The notes under the pieces: generated by a model
The model's database searches: none
Seen by the model: the letters and a program-made list of their open reading frames with translations, nothing else
What the model was told of the DNA's origin: nothing
Part shown: in pieces, positions 10,949-22,949 of the stretch
How positions within the stretch are numbered: the first letter of the stretch is position 1
Layout: the number at the start of each line of letters is the position of its first letter
Program-made: the position numbers and the translations under genes
Origin: Chara braunii
Taxonomy: Eukaryota; Plantae; Charophyceae
Length of the DNA: 42,650 nucleotides
Reading direction: 5' to 3'
NCBI GenBank assembly: GCA_003427395.1
Contig: BFEA01000018.1
Span: 5,663,510 to 5,706,159, forward strand

Positions 10949-11111
10949 AATTAGCGCAGCATAGCGCGACCGTCCAGCTGCAGCGCCCCCTCTGAGGTTC
11001 TATTTTGACATTGTCCGCAATTGTTTTTATTTTGTTTTGTTGCATATTGTAACAAACATATTGGGCCATGTGCGGGTTTTTTCCCCCTCCCTGGTGTCTC
11101 TCTCTCTCACC

Positions 11112-11813
11112 GCCCCTGGGGCCTGGACCCATTAGCGAAGTATATTCTACCACTCCGTTCAGGATTTCAATCACGTGTGGCCTCGAGTGACGCAGTACGC
11201 CCGTCGAATACATGGATCTCGACGACCCGGTAGTTTCTGAGCGGGGACTGTAGAGATGCCCACCTCCCGTCCAATGAGATGTGTCTAAAAACAAACCAAA
11301 AAAAAACAAATTTGGACATGATAGCTGAGGCTTCGCGTGGGTGGGAAGTCTGAATTTTATGGACTCAAAAGGGGGGAGGTTGATTTCCAGACTTCGTTTT
11401 TTTTTTTTGGCTCTGAGAAATCGAACTTGAAATGTGAAATTCAAATATTGTGGTGGATCTGACAGGAATGCTTCCGCGTCTGCCGGATGGATGGCCTGTT
11501 AGAGGCATCATGAGATACATGGTGATGAATGTATCCCCATACTGGTTACTTGTCCATCCTCGTGGTTGTGTTCGTGGACACATTTTATTGCCACGGTACA
11601 TCAGTATGAAGACTTACGTGAAGGAGATCGTACCAACCCATGAATTCGGGTGCACAGCTGTTCTTCATAGTTTTATGTGCTCTTTCAATTCATTTTAAAT
11701 CAAAAAACCGATCCATTCATGCAAATAAAAAATTGCTTTGTCTTTTCCAAAAAACCATAAAATTGAGTCACACATCGCCGAATACTTCGCTAGTGGGTCC
11801 AGGCCCCAGGGGC
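11112..11813. mobile_element. MITE A with ~32-bp TIRs (PIF/Harbinger-like termini)
   Basis: GCCCCTGGGGCCTGGACCCATTAGCGAAGTAT (11112-11143) vs inverted copy at 11782-11813, one mismatch. No perfect TSD; the flanks are CWG-type. Confidence 0.7.
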
Positions 11814-12608
11814 CAGGACTCACTGGCGCCATATTACACCGTGGGACAGTGACGTGTGACACCCTTTTGGCATTTGAAAAATGGTTTCCGTATTTTTTTC
11901 AGATTCGAAAAAATCTCTTTCTACGAGTTAAAGAAAGTAAAATTCAGCTTAGGGTGCTCCCATCAGCCAATGGGCTGTGAGCCATGGAATCCGTCGCCAC
12001 TTTTTACGGTGTGTGCTGCACTCATCCAATGGGCTGGGTCCTGTGAAGGTGGTCACTGTAATGTCATTATTGATATTTGGCAGTACACACGAATTTGTTT
12101 TTCTTGTCAGCCTTTTTTTTTTTTTTTTTTTTCAATTAAATGCTTTCATTAACAACAAATCATAACAGGAGGCCGAGGTCCTCACACATCAACCCGGGGT
12201 TATCTCGGCAGCATCAGCCGGTTTAGCTTACGGTCCCAGATAGGCTGGGAACCCTTTCACTCTTCATCTCAAGCTTCCATTGTTAATCTACTGGACCACG
12301 ATGCATACCCTGAAAATTATACCTATACACTTGAATGATCACTAATACCAGCCACCTAATCTACAGCAGACGCCTAAGGCGGCAACCAGGTCTAAACGAC
12401 CCGGTGGAATCCCCTGTTCCTCTGCTCTATAGACACTCTCCTAACGGAACACTGTGTCCCTACAAAACCGAGTGTCCTGGTTCCAGGCCTAGCACTTTCT
12501 AGCCTCCCCCTTAACGACCGAGTACCCAGGTCCCGTACACAATGGTTCTCCAGCTATCCTACTAACCTACTCCTAACCCAACCCCCTCTAATTATCATCT
12601 AAGCTTAA

Positions 12609-15600
12609 CTATTCAACCACCTTGCGACCATCAGGCCTTGCGACCATCAGGCCGCGGGTGGTATGAACCCTCGCCAACTGGTTTCCTTTCGCCCACGTTC
12701 TCAGAAACCACCAAAGGCTCCTCCTTGGGCCCTTGCCACTCCTGGCCTTCCTACGCCAGTCGGCCCAAATTGCTCTCCTCAGTCCACTTTTAATACCTGC
12801 CTTGGTCTCTCGATCCGAGAATGGGCGACCCTCAAACCTGGCCCTGTTTCTGTTTGCCCAAATCACAGAGCAAATCACTGCTCTGGCCACATGCGCCACA
12901 TACGGCCAGCCCTTCTTCCCGGACTGCGCATCCCCTTCAAATCCCAACAACACCCATCTCTCATTCCACTCAATCCCCTCTCCCCCTATCCTTCTCCAAT
13001 GATCTTCCCTTCACCTCCACACTCTTCTCGAGGCCGGACAGTCCCACCATACGTGTTTAGTGGACTCAAAGGGCCAGCAGCAGCGGGGCCAGGTCAGCAC
13101 CACCTCCATCCCTCTGCTGCATAGCCAAACTGTCGAGGGGGTGACCAACAACGACAACATCCACAGTATGCTTGCTTGTTTGAGGTATGGCAGTGAGAGC
13201 AGAATACTCCACAGGTTCACAAATTCACCCTCTTTCCCCTGAAGGTCCTCCAACAGGACAGCACTCCATCTTGCAATTGCCACCCCAGCTGGACTCCTCC
13301 CTTGTTGGTTGCCAGTCTGTAGGACTCATTGACTGTGAGGTTGGAGAGGTTTAATCCAAGGGGATTAGCCCTTGAAACAGTACCCCCCCTCCACTGCCAT
13401 GCAAGAGGGTCTATGGATAACTCTCGCAGGGGAGTCCTACCCACCCACCTTGTAGATACGATTGCCCCTCTCCGGTTTCGAGTATGGATCACCCTCACTT
13501 GGGGGGGGTTCGACCATTGCCTGATAGTTTCTTCTCCCCCTGGAACCACCAAACCTGACGGCTCCCCCATCCTCCACTTCCGAACTTCTCTGAAACCGCA
13601 GTCCGTCAAACGTTGGACCTCCCAAGGCTCTTCCCTTCCTTGTCCTTCTTCATCTGCCATAGGGCCATACCACGTGCCTATCGGGTCCAGCCCTTCTGGG
13701 CCCAGCATCCGCTTCCAGTGATCCGGAATAGCTTGCAGCAGCTGTTGCCAATGTTCCTCCGAGTGCCACAGTCCATGCAAGGCACGGAGGATCTCACCGA
13801 AGGGTTTCCAGGTGCCTTGAAGGTCAGCCCACAAATCTGCAATTCTGGAAATGCCCCTACGAATCCAGGCTTTGCCAAATGCTCCCGGGGTTGATCCTGC
13901 AGAGAAGGGAAACCCCTCACTGTCTAAAATAAAACAGTTTTCAAACAATCCCTGCCTCAAGATCTCTTCTTTTGTCTCTGGCTGCACCTGGACTTCAGGG
14001 AGGTGACAGAGCCATGCTTTCCGTACAGCTTCCCAGAACTCCGAAGAGAGTTTCTTCTTCACGAAGGACTTAATAAAAAAGCAGAGCCAGACGTCTTCTG
14101 CATGGCTGAGACCCAAGTCCCTCATCAGAGTTTTTTCCGCCAGCAAGATCCAATCATCCTTACTGTCTGACATAGCCACCCTGGCCAACCACTGCCTCAA
14201 CTGTGCCTGATTCTTCTGTAGCGGGTCGATCAGTCCCAGGCCCCCCTGATCCTTGGGATAAGTGATGAGATCCCATGCAACCTTCGACATAAACCCTTCA
14301 TCTGCTGCCGCTCTAGGCTTCCAGAGGAACTTGGAAGCCAGTCTTCTGATCTCTGCGACCACTGCTGCAGCGAGTTCCCTCACTGTACCTACAAACTAGA
14401 TAAGAGGGAACAGGGCCACATTAATGACCATGGCTCTGCCCATGAGCGACAGATGTCAGGCCGGTCCCCATACCCCTAACTTGGCCTGCACCGTTTGCTG
14501 CAGGATTGCCCCTTGTGTGATGCTCATTAACCGAGTGTTCACCATCACCCCTAGAAACCGCTCTCCGGTCTCCGGGTCTACCCTTTGCATACCCCAATCC
14601 ACCTGCAATACCCGACCCTCTGGCAGCAAGTATTTGGATTTGCTCCACATTACTAAGGCCTCTCATAGCAGCGAGTACTTTGCCAGCACCTCCTTCACCG
14701 CGCTCATCGACTCCACTGTATTGGCTGAGATCAAGAACAAGTCATCAGCTAGGGCTTTCGTTCTGCACTCCTTGGTGGTAGAAACCGGTAATCCTTTGAT
14801 CCGAGGGTGCCTCCGAATGCGGTTCATCGGGATCTCCAGCTGCAGCACAAAAAGGAGAGGGGCCAAGGGACAGCCCTGGCGCAGCGATCTGGAGAGGTGG
14901 AAGGAGTTTGAAAGGTGTCCATTAACCTGAACAGCTGAGGTGGCCAATGTATACATAGCGGTCACCCATTTGCAAAAGCCCTGGCCAAACCCCATCTTCC
15001 TCAGTGTAGTAAGAACAAAGGACCACCCAACCCTATCGTACGCCTTCTCCATGTCCAATAGCAGTAATGTGAAGTCCAAATCCTCGAATCACCTCAATGC
15101 TCTCAATCGCTGTTAAGATATTGACGAAGATAGAGCGATCCTGGACGAAGGCTCCTTGGTCGCCCTCCACCAATCTTGGAAGGATCTTCCCCAGGCGCAG
15201 GGCCAGGGTTTTTGCCAGCAATTTGTAATTCACGTTCAGCACCGAGATGGGGCGGTAATTCCTAATATTCGCCTTATCCCCTTTTTTGAACATCACTGAG
15301 ATGACCCTATGGGTCATAGCTCCACCCAACGCACCCTCCAGCAGCACCTCATTGTAAACTTCCACTAGCGACGGACCCCTCACATCCAAACAGGCTCAAT
15401 AGAATTCTACTGTTAGGCGTCACGACCTGGGCACTTCCCTGGGGCCATCGTCATGAGTGTTTGCTTCAGCTCCTCTAAAGTGATCGGCCTGTCCAGGTCC
15501 ATCCTCTCTCCCACTGATAACTGAACTGCATTATCCTGCCACATATCCAATTCCAAGGACAGGTCTGAGTTTACTGTGTCCTGCACCCGCCTTGCCGTCA

Positions 15601-16873
15601 AAATGTCTGCATAGTACAACTTAGCGTATTCCAACATATCCTCCTGGGCGGGTGACTCAGCTGCACCACCTGATGGAAGGAAGTGCTAGGCAGCAACTTG
15701 CGAAAAGTCTCTTTTTTAAATTCGTGATCCGATCATGAACCAAGATGCCTTTAACTTTCAGCATCTCCTCCCACTGAGTCTGTTTCTCCATCTGTAACTT
15801 TTCCCACTCCGACAATCTACTTTCCCTTTCCCTGGCCCAAACCAGCTCGGAGATTGGGAGCATTTCCATTCTCCTTTCTGCCTCCCCCACCCTCCTTCTG
15901 CACAGATCGTCCTTCCTGTTTCGCTCCCTCGTCAAAATTCTAGAACTGACATCCAACACTCCAGAAATTACTGTTGTGCCTCCATCTAACCAGTCTTTTG
16001 TGGACGGGAAGTGAGGTCTCGTGACTTGCCAGTTCTCCCAGTGGGACTGTACCCAGCCCAGCAGCCCCGGGTCCTCCAAGTTCTGGGCGTTCAACTTAAA
16101 ATGACTCCTTCCTCCCCCTCGCGTCCCTAAGAGCACTATATCCGTTAGCACCGGCTTATGATCTGACAAAGGATGTGACCGTTGATGAACATGTGTGAGT
16201 GCATGAGCCAGCCCTTTCCCTACTAGGCAGTAGTCCAATCTTTGTCTCACTACCTCCCTGTGCTGGTCTTCTGCCTGAGCTCAGGAATTGGAGTACCAAG
16301 TGTACCCCGGTAATTCTGGATTCAGACTACGAAAGGGGTTATTAGCTCTCTTTCCTTAATGAACTATGTCAATGCTACTGTATCTCTTCTTCCTGCTGAC
16401 CAGGAACCTCTGCTCAGAGCTTCATCCAGGGAGAGGTTTCAGTCCCCCATGATGACCAGGTTGTCAGTCTGTGGAACTATTGCAGCCAGATTCTGAAAAA
16501 ACTCTGCACGCGAGGACGGGTCAGAGGGTGCATAAACTGTCATGATCACCCACTCTATCTGTCCCGAGATAAACCTTACCCAAGCCCATTTACCCCACAG
16601 GTCCGTTTCAGCATCCACAATATATGCTTGTAGGGATTTGTGCAGGAGTATAGCCACCCCTCCTCTCGTGCCTTGCGCAGGAGCCCAGTACTACGGGCCG
16701 TCCCACCACCCCTACAGCAAATCTAACTTGTCATCTCCCAACTTTGTTTCCTGTAGGCATAGACAGTCCACTTTCTGTTTGAACATCCACGACTTCACCC
16801 TCTTCCTCTTTTCTCTCCCTGATGTATCACCTAAGCCCCGCACATTCCATGTAGCCAACTTCAACTTAACCAT
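12609..16873 (-). pseudogene. E2 ORF2: APE endonuclease + RT + zinc finger, many frameshifts/stops
   Basis: Motifs ATWNVRGL, LQETKL, VYAP, SDHKPV, NYRPISVLN, LDMEKAYD, LRQGCPLAPLLF, LADD and HVWWDC across the listed minus-strand ORFs. Confidence 0.95.
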
Positions 16874-19257
16874 TAACAGCATCTTCCTCTGTTGGGTGTT
16901 GGATGCGGGAATCAAGTTCGTCACCCCATATGGGCGTACCTTGGACCGGGGACTGATGCATTGGGCTCTGCCTTGAGGCCCCTCCTGAGTGGCTTTGCTG
17001 TGACGAAGTACGCCGGGCTCTACCTGTGAATCCAACATGAATCTGGGACGTAGGTTGCGGCTGTCCGGCAGTTTCTCATTGACCTTCAACAGCAACAGCG
17101 CGGAAACCTCTTCAGTCAGGGCGATAGCCTCTAGCTCATGGCTGTTTGCTTCCCTCACCGCATCCAAGTGGAACCACTTAACCCCCGCCAGTGTCAGTGT
17201 TTCTGTTGTCGGGGGATCCAGGCGAGCATCTAATAGTGGAAAATAAAACTTATCTTCTAACGGTACTATACAGCCGACCATCACTGACCTCGGTATAATC
17301 CTGATAGGAAAGGTATCCCCAAACAGGAATTTTGTCCGTGTCAGAATCCCGCCTGGTAGAGGAGTCTTCACTGTAGCCACCGACGGAAGGTACGGTCTTC
17401 CATCTGCCTGTGTCAGGCCTAGAAAGAATGTTGTGCTGCCAATCATGGCGCAGACCAACGGCACCATTCTCCTTTCGATTATATGTGGGTCACATCCCTG
17501 CCTGTTTCTGTAGCCCCGCTTACTGGTCGTGTCTGAGTCAGCCTCTCTCTCCTCCGGATCCCCTGAACTGCCTGTGGACGACATAGAGCCTTCTGCCCGC
17601 AGAAAACCTGACCCTCCCAGCGCCCTGTCATCACCAATGAACTCACTGCTCATTGCTACCCTGGACCTTGAGGAGGTCGAGTGACTACCAACCTCCTGAT
17701 GTAGCCCTCCTTGTGCCCCTCCCCTTAGGTCTATGTGTCCCCCTTTCTGCTCCCTGGTCCCATACTGACTGTCCCCGACCTGGGCCGCCTGCTGTCCCAC
17801 CCTCGAGCGGCTCAAGTCATCCCCTTGACGCCCTCTGTGCTGAGCTGAGAAAGAGGTCTCAGTAGCTCTGTATATTGTCTCCTGCTGCGGCCTCACTGGG
17901 ATTGCTCGAATAACTGTGGGCGGGCCATATAGGACCTGGGCGCCTGGTATTCCCCCACCTCCATGGTCCTGCACGGATCTGGGACAAGCCACGTACTGCT
18001 GCTGGTATCTCACCTGCTGAATTGGAGCCGGACCATACGGATCTACCACCGTACCAGCCCATGGTAGGGTAGTGTTTCCCATCTGTGGTACATAGGGCGG
18101 TGGTTGACCTGCCTGACCCTGGTCACCATAGTACTGGACCTGGACCTGCTCTGTATAGGCTACTGGTTGAGGACCTGACCAGTTATGTGGGCCCATCTGA
18201 GGCCCCGGATGTGTATGTGTGCATGTGCCCCGAACTTGGGCCTGCTGATGCTGTAGGGACTGTCTTGAGTGAGTACCTCCCTGCACAGGTACCGGGACCT
18301 GGTTGGTCTGTGGATGGGCCGGAACTTGGTTACTTTGACTTGGAGCCTGCTGCTGATGACCCTGCTGGCGGCCTTGCGAAGGTTGTGCTTGGGGATGCTG
18401 CGGCGGGAGCCTCGAGTTCGCCCACGTACACCTCGGGCCTGTAGAGGGCTGCCTCGGGCAGTTATCCTCCGTGTGGAAGTACCACCTGCAGCGCTTGCAC
18501 CAGTCTGAGTATGGAATGGCCACCTCCACTGTCCACACTTCCCCCTTCGGGGACTCAATTGTTAGTGAGTTCTCCACTCTGAACCGGGCTTGGGGGTCCA
18601 TGTCGATCTTGATGTTCATCAACTTCGGCTTTGATCTATCAGCCTCTGGGGGGTGCATCTGCAGCACTCTGCCAATGAGTCCTTCCGCAGCTGAGGGTAG
18701 GTAGCACATGGCGTCCAAAGGAACTCTCAAAGCCACGATCCAAAAGTTCGTTTCAGCCTCCCTCAATTTCCATTCCTTCAACTCCATCTTAGTCATCCAA
18801 GGTTTAACCAAGACAGAGTAGTCCTTCCCACCTAGACATAGTTTAATCATCCCCCTCTAAGTTTACCAATTGGCCACTTCGACCGCTTTTGCCACATATG
18901 ATGACAGATTCGGGCTTTCGAATTTTATCCTTCCTCTTCTGACTTCTGGGTTAAACAGTCGTCTGGTCATCCATCCGTCTTCATGCGCTCGAATTAGGTC
19001 TTCCTTCACACTTCTATTCAATTCCCTCGCATCATCTTGGAAGATAAAGATGACTGTTCTTTCCTTTAGCCATCTCTCCTTGATTGCATCAAAGGATTCG
19101 TTTACTCTGAACCTCTTTCCTCTCTCGTCAATCACCACCTTTCCCGCATTCTCCACTAATTGACCCACCCCCTCATCGTAACATTGCTCAATCGAGTGCC
19201 TAGCTCTGTCCTCCATGGCCCAGAAGTTGGTTTCTGGGGGACAGGGTGGGGGTACCT

Positions 19258-19290
<33 letters not shown>

Positions 19291-20458
19291 NNNNNNNNNN
19301 NNNNNNNNNNNNNNNNNNNNNNNNNNNNNNNNNNNNNNNNNNNNNNNNNNNNNNNNNNNNNNNNNNNNTCCCTATCCCAATTTCCTCTCCACTCCTAACC
19401 GTCGGTGGTGACGCTTGTAGATCGTTAGATAGCGGTATCAGAGCACACAGCTTAGTCCTTACTTCACCGGGGGGAAGGGGGATACTCCGGTATTCTTAAT
19501 TCACTTAAGGTTCGTTCGATAGCTGGGTACGAGAATATAATACGAGTGTCTCTTGAACACCCCCTACACTCTCCCTGCCCTTCTTTGGCCTTTTATCTCT
19601 TCCACCATGCTGCTCCATGAAATCCCAACCCTGGGGCTAATGCATCAAGGCCATTTAGGCATGCCGCTGGATCCCTTTTCCCAACTTAGCTGCGGGGGAG
19701 GTACCACCCGCCCACAATAATAACTTCAATATCTTCAACACCCAGGGCTAAACATCTACTCTTCTGAATCTGCTTCTCTATTCCACACCCCGATTACAAA
19801 GTATCCCCCCCAAAACACTCAGGATAAATGTTTCTCACCTCCTCTTTTCCTCAGGGTGCATTAGACCAATCAACCTTCCTGTGTCCACCCTACGTCCCTG
19901 ATTCCTATATTTCTCACCAATTGTCCGGAAACCTTCCCTTCCTCTCCCCTTCCCTTCTCCTCTCCATCGGGAAGGGATACCTAACACTGTTGATGGTGTG
20001 ATATAAGGATGGCCGACTTAACCTACCGACGGCTCCGCCCACAAATAGCTTCTGAATCAACAATTCTGCCCAAGGTCTAGAGAAAACACTAGCCGGATCT
20101 CCCCCCCCGCAGCATGATCCTCTTCCTCTTCAACCATATACAGTCTTCACTTTGACCAGCGGCTTCTCTCCAATCAGATAGCTCCCAGGATGATGACACC
20201 CATGCGCTTAAACGAGGGAGGGGATGCCTTCACTGAACTGGGAGAACGATACTGGATCGCCTTACACTTGGGGTTTCCAAGGCTACCTCGAAAGGAATCC
20301 TAACTGGCATGGCCAGTGCTCACGATGAGTGAGTGTGATGGATCCTTCTCTCCTCGTCGACGATGGCGAGGGTGGCGACGAGGCAGGGTCTGGGTCTGAC
20401 TGAGAGGGAAGCCTGAATCCCATGTCGGCCCGGACCGGCGCCGGTTCGGAGCGGCCAT
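16866..20458 (-). pseudogene. E2 ORF1 gag-like protein
   Basis: ORFs 18863..19216 and 16712..18850. Intact knuckle CKRCRWYFHTEDNC (C-X2-C-X4-H-X4-C). Candidate ATG at 20458. Contains an assembly gap at 19291-19368. Confidence 0.85.
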
Positions 20459-21225
20459 AATTAGCGCTCAATTAGCGCAGCCGCCCAGCCGCGGCGCCCC
20501 CCCCTCGTCAGCCTTTTTGTGCAGGCGAAGCACTGTAGCAAGGTCACAATATTCCCCCCCCCCAAAAAAAAAGAGGTCTGGAAAACATGACGCTGCTACA
20601 GTGATTTTGAAATAAAAGAAAAAGGAACAAATGGTGAAAGTGCGTAGGGTACACAGCAAAAACTTTTTCACTTTTTCTGAATCTGTTCCAAACTCAGAAT
20701 GCCGCATGATTTCCCGTCCATTGATGGTGTGTAGCAATCCAACTCTGTCACACATGATTGAAAACCGCACGTACACAGTATAATACGGCGCTAGTGGGTC
20801 CTGGCCCTGGCCTTGCTGAAACAAAGCTCGTCGCCCATCTGAAAAAAGTATGGGCGGCCCCCTATTGATAAATTCAATCGGCGGTCTTTGTCGCGTTCCG
20901 TCCTCTGAAAGCAGCCCGCGGCCAATGTATGGCATGTACTGGTGGTTTAATGGTGCAGGACCAGCAAGGTAAGGACGACATTCTGAGCCAGACGACAGAG
21001 CCCCAGTCCCACCAACAAGCAGGCCCGCACTACAGAGCCTCGAGCGCTGTACCTGTACAATAAGGGTAACAAAAAGAAAAAAAGAAAAAAAAAAAGGGTA
21101 ACCATGCGACAGAAGTTGATAGGCCCCAATCTGTGTGCCCCCCTGCCGAGTGCATTGTCCTTTTTTCTTTTTTTGATCTTTTTTCCGTTTTCTTTCTTTT
21201 TTTACTTAGCTATATTATTATCTCA

Positions 21226-21395
21226 ATTTAACCTTCACTACCTAGTCCTAGGCCTTCATTCTTTTTTCTTTTTCTTTTTTAAGAATCTGCAGGGTCCATT
21301 CAGACAAGGTTCACTACCTACTTACCGCTAGTCCTAGCTTCATATTCTTTTTCTTTTTTCTTTTTGAAGAATCTGCAGGATCTATTCAGACAAGG
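21226..21395. repeat. ~85-bp tandem duplication
   Basis: TTCACTACCTA...TAGTCCTAG...T-rich...AAGAATCTGCAGG..ATTCAGACAAGG occurs twice. Confidence 0.75.
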
Positions 21396-21831
21396 CCAAG
21401 GACAATATTCCACTACAGAATACAGTACCCGACAGGACAAGGACATGACTCTAGCAGACTGCAGTCCCTCCTTTTTTCTTTGTTGTTTCTTTTCTGTTTT
21501 CTTTTTTCCTTTTCTTCTTTTTTCATTTGAGGCGTGCGGATTCGATCATAGTACCCGCATGATGAAACGGCACTTGCAAATGAACTCCGGTTTTGAGACA
21601 TCCACGAGGATGAAGAGGCATCGGCTCCATCAAGGCTGGGAAGCGTCTTCATAGGCTCTTCAGTGCCTGGCAGCCCTTCCTACTCCAAGCACAAGGGATC
21701 AGAAGATCTCTCCCCTTCTTTCTGTTCTTTCCGGTTTCCCAAAAAAGGGGGAAGTAGCATCGTAACATGGGCACTAGCGTGCTAGTTGTCTTTTTTTTTT
21801 CTTTTTTTTTTTCAAAGAAGAGGTAGATATA

Positions 21832-22287
21832 GGGGCTCGTTCGACACTCCTTGGGGCGTCCTCGGGGCCGAAGGAAGTTTCCTTGGGGGTTTCAAGGAAA
21901 TTCCTGCCATCGTTCCACCTGTCCTCGGGGACGTCGCCCGATGACATTTCCTTCGAACGATGTCAGACAAGAAAAAAGAAAAGAAAAAGAAAATCAAATG
22001 TGTTTGAGTCCTTCAGACAATAGGGTGCCGCCACGATCCAGGTTCTCGGTTGTAACGTCTCTCTACCCATGTGCCCGCTCCTCTCCGTGAAAAGCGGATT
22101 CCTTTTGCCCAAGGGACCTCGTGAGGTCCCTTGGGCAAAAGGAAGAAATGGCTGGGGAATCCTCGGAGCCCAAGGAATTTCCTTCGGAGTGTTTTCACTT
22201 TTTTTTTCCCGACTGCATCCCCGAGGATAGGTGGAATGAACATTTCTTCGGGGACTTTACTCGCCCGAGGAGTGTCGAACGAGCCCC
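21832..22287. mobile_element. 456-bp Tourist/PIF-Harbinger-like MITE
   Basis: TIR GGGGCTCGTTCGACACTCCT(T/C)GGG at 21832-21855 and 22264-22287. 3-bp TSD ATA (21829-21831, 22288-22290). Internal CTCGGGG/TTTCCTTCG repeats. Confidence 0.85.
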
Positions 22288-22844
22288 ATATTCATATAAC
22301 CGAGAACCGGGCCCGGCATCCCTTACATCATTTGCTGCGGCCAAACGGGCTAAGCAAGGCACTTTCGGCCAAACCTATCCCTCCACAGCCCGAATCAATG
22401 ACCAGGAACAAATCCCCAGGTTTCAGCTCTATACCCTAATTAGTGTTAGGTGTCGTTTTGAATAAGGGAAGTAGGGACTTAATCGCCCCTAACGGTCGGA
22501 GAATGACGATCGGCTGGACTATTAAGGGGAAGACCAGAGAGTACACCAGCGTCTCGAACAGATGTTCAATAAGCCGCTCAACTTTCAGATATCCCATCCG
22601 TGCCTCCTAGGTGCTTCAGTTGGCCATATCGGAGCTGATGCAGTGCAGATCATAGACTTTCCTCTGGACATGGACATAATGGCAGCTAACAGAGACACAC
22701 AAGATGACGCACCGGTACTACCGCAAACCTATGACTTGGCCCTTTAGTCCTTGAAGGCATCCTCATTCCTTGCCGGTCAAGTTCCCTTACTGCTTTGGTT
22801 TGCCATGCTGCTGTTGCTTTTGCCTCGCGCTTCTCCCAAACCTA

Positions 22845-22949
22845 CCTTCTTCCCCTGAATACAACGTACGGTCATTATAGCTGTATCTAGACTGAAAGAT
22901 GCCTCAAATACAGCTATAAGGACTGTATGTTTTATTCGGGGGAAGAAGG
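22845..22949. mobile_element. 105-bp palindromic MITE, copy 3 (opposite orientation)
   Basis: Same TIRs; the central CTAGACTGAAAGATGCCTC is inverted relative to copy 1. Flanked by C-TA...TA-G. Confidence 0.85.

Larger units (their letters stand above)
2802..10993 (-). mobile_element. E1: full-length L1/Tx1-type LINE retrotransposon (disabled by stops/frameshifts)
   Basis: ORF1 plus APE-RT-CCHC ORF2. Poly(A) at ~2802-2829. Candidate TSD GAGGTT (2796-2801 / 10994-10999). The 5' end GAGGGGGCGC is shared with E2. Confidence 0.95.
12118..20506 (-). mobile_element. E2: full-length L1/Tx1-type LINE retrotransposon (disabled)
   Basis: TSD GTCAGCCTTTTT at 12106-12117 and 20507-20518. Poly(A) extends to ~12132. 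ORF1 and ORF2 are collinear with E1. Confidence 0.95.
11810..20807. mobile_element. MITE B (related TIRs), split by insertion of LINE E2
   Basis: 34-bp TIRs at 11810-11843 and 20774-20807 (5 mismatches, all transitions). About 600 bp remain after removing E2. Confidence 0.75.

Noticed and set aside
16712-18850. Apparent in-frame ORF1-ORF2 fusion in E2
   Set aside because: The alternative frame still encodes PMHQSP...VNG* as in E1, so the fusion comes from a decay frameshift near 17000.
2796-20518. Sequence-specific (Tx1-style) targeting of E1 and E2
   Set aside because: The two target sites differ apart from T-richness, and no snRNA, tRNA or rRNA target is visible.
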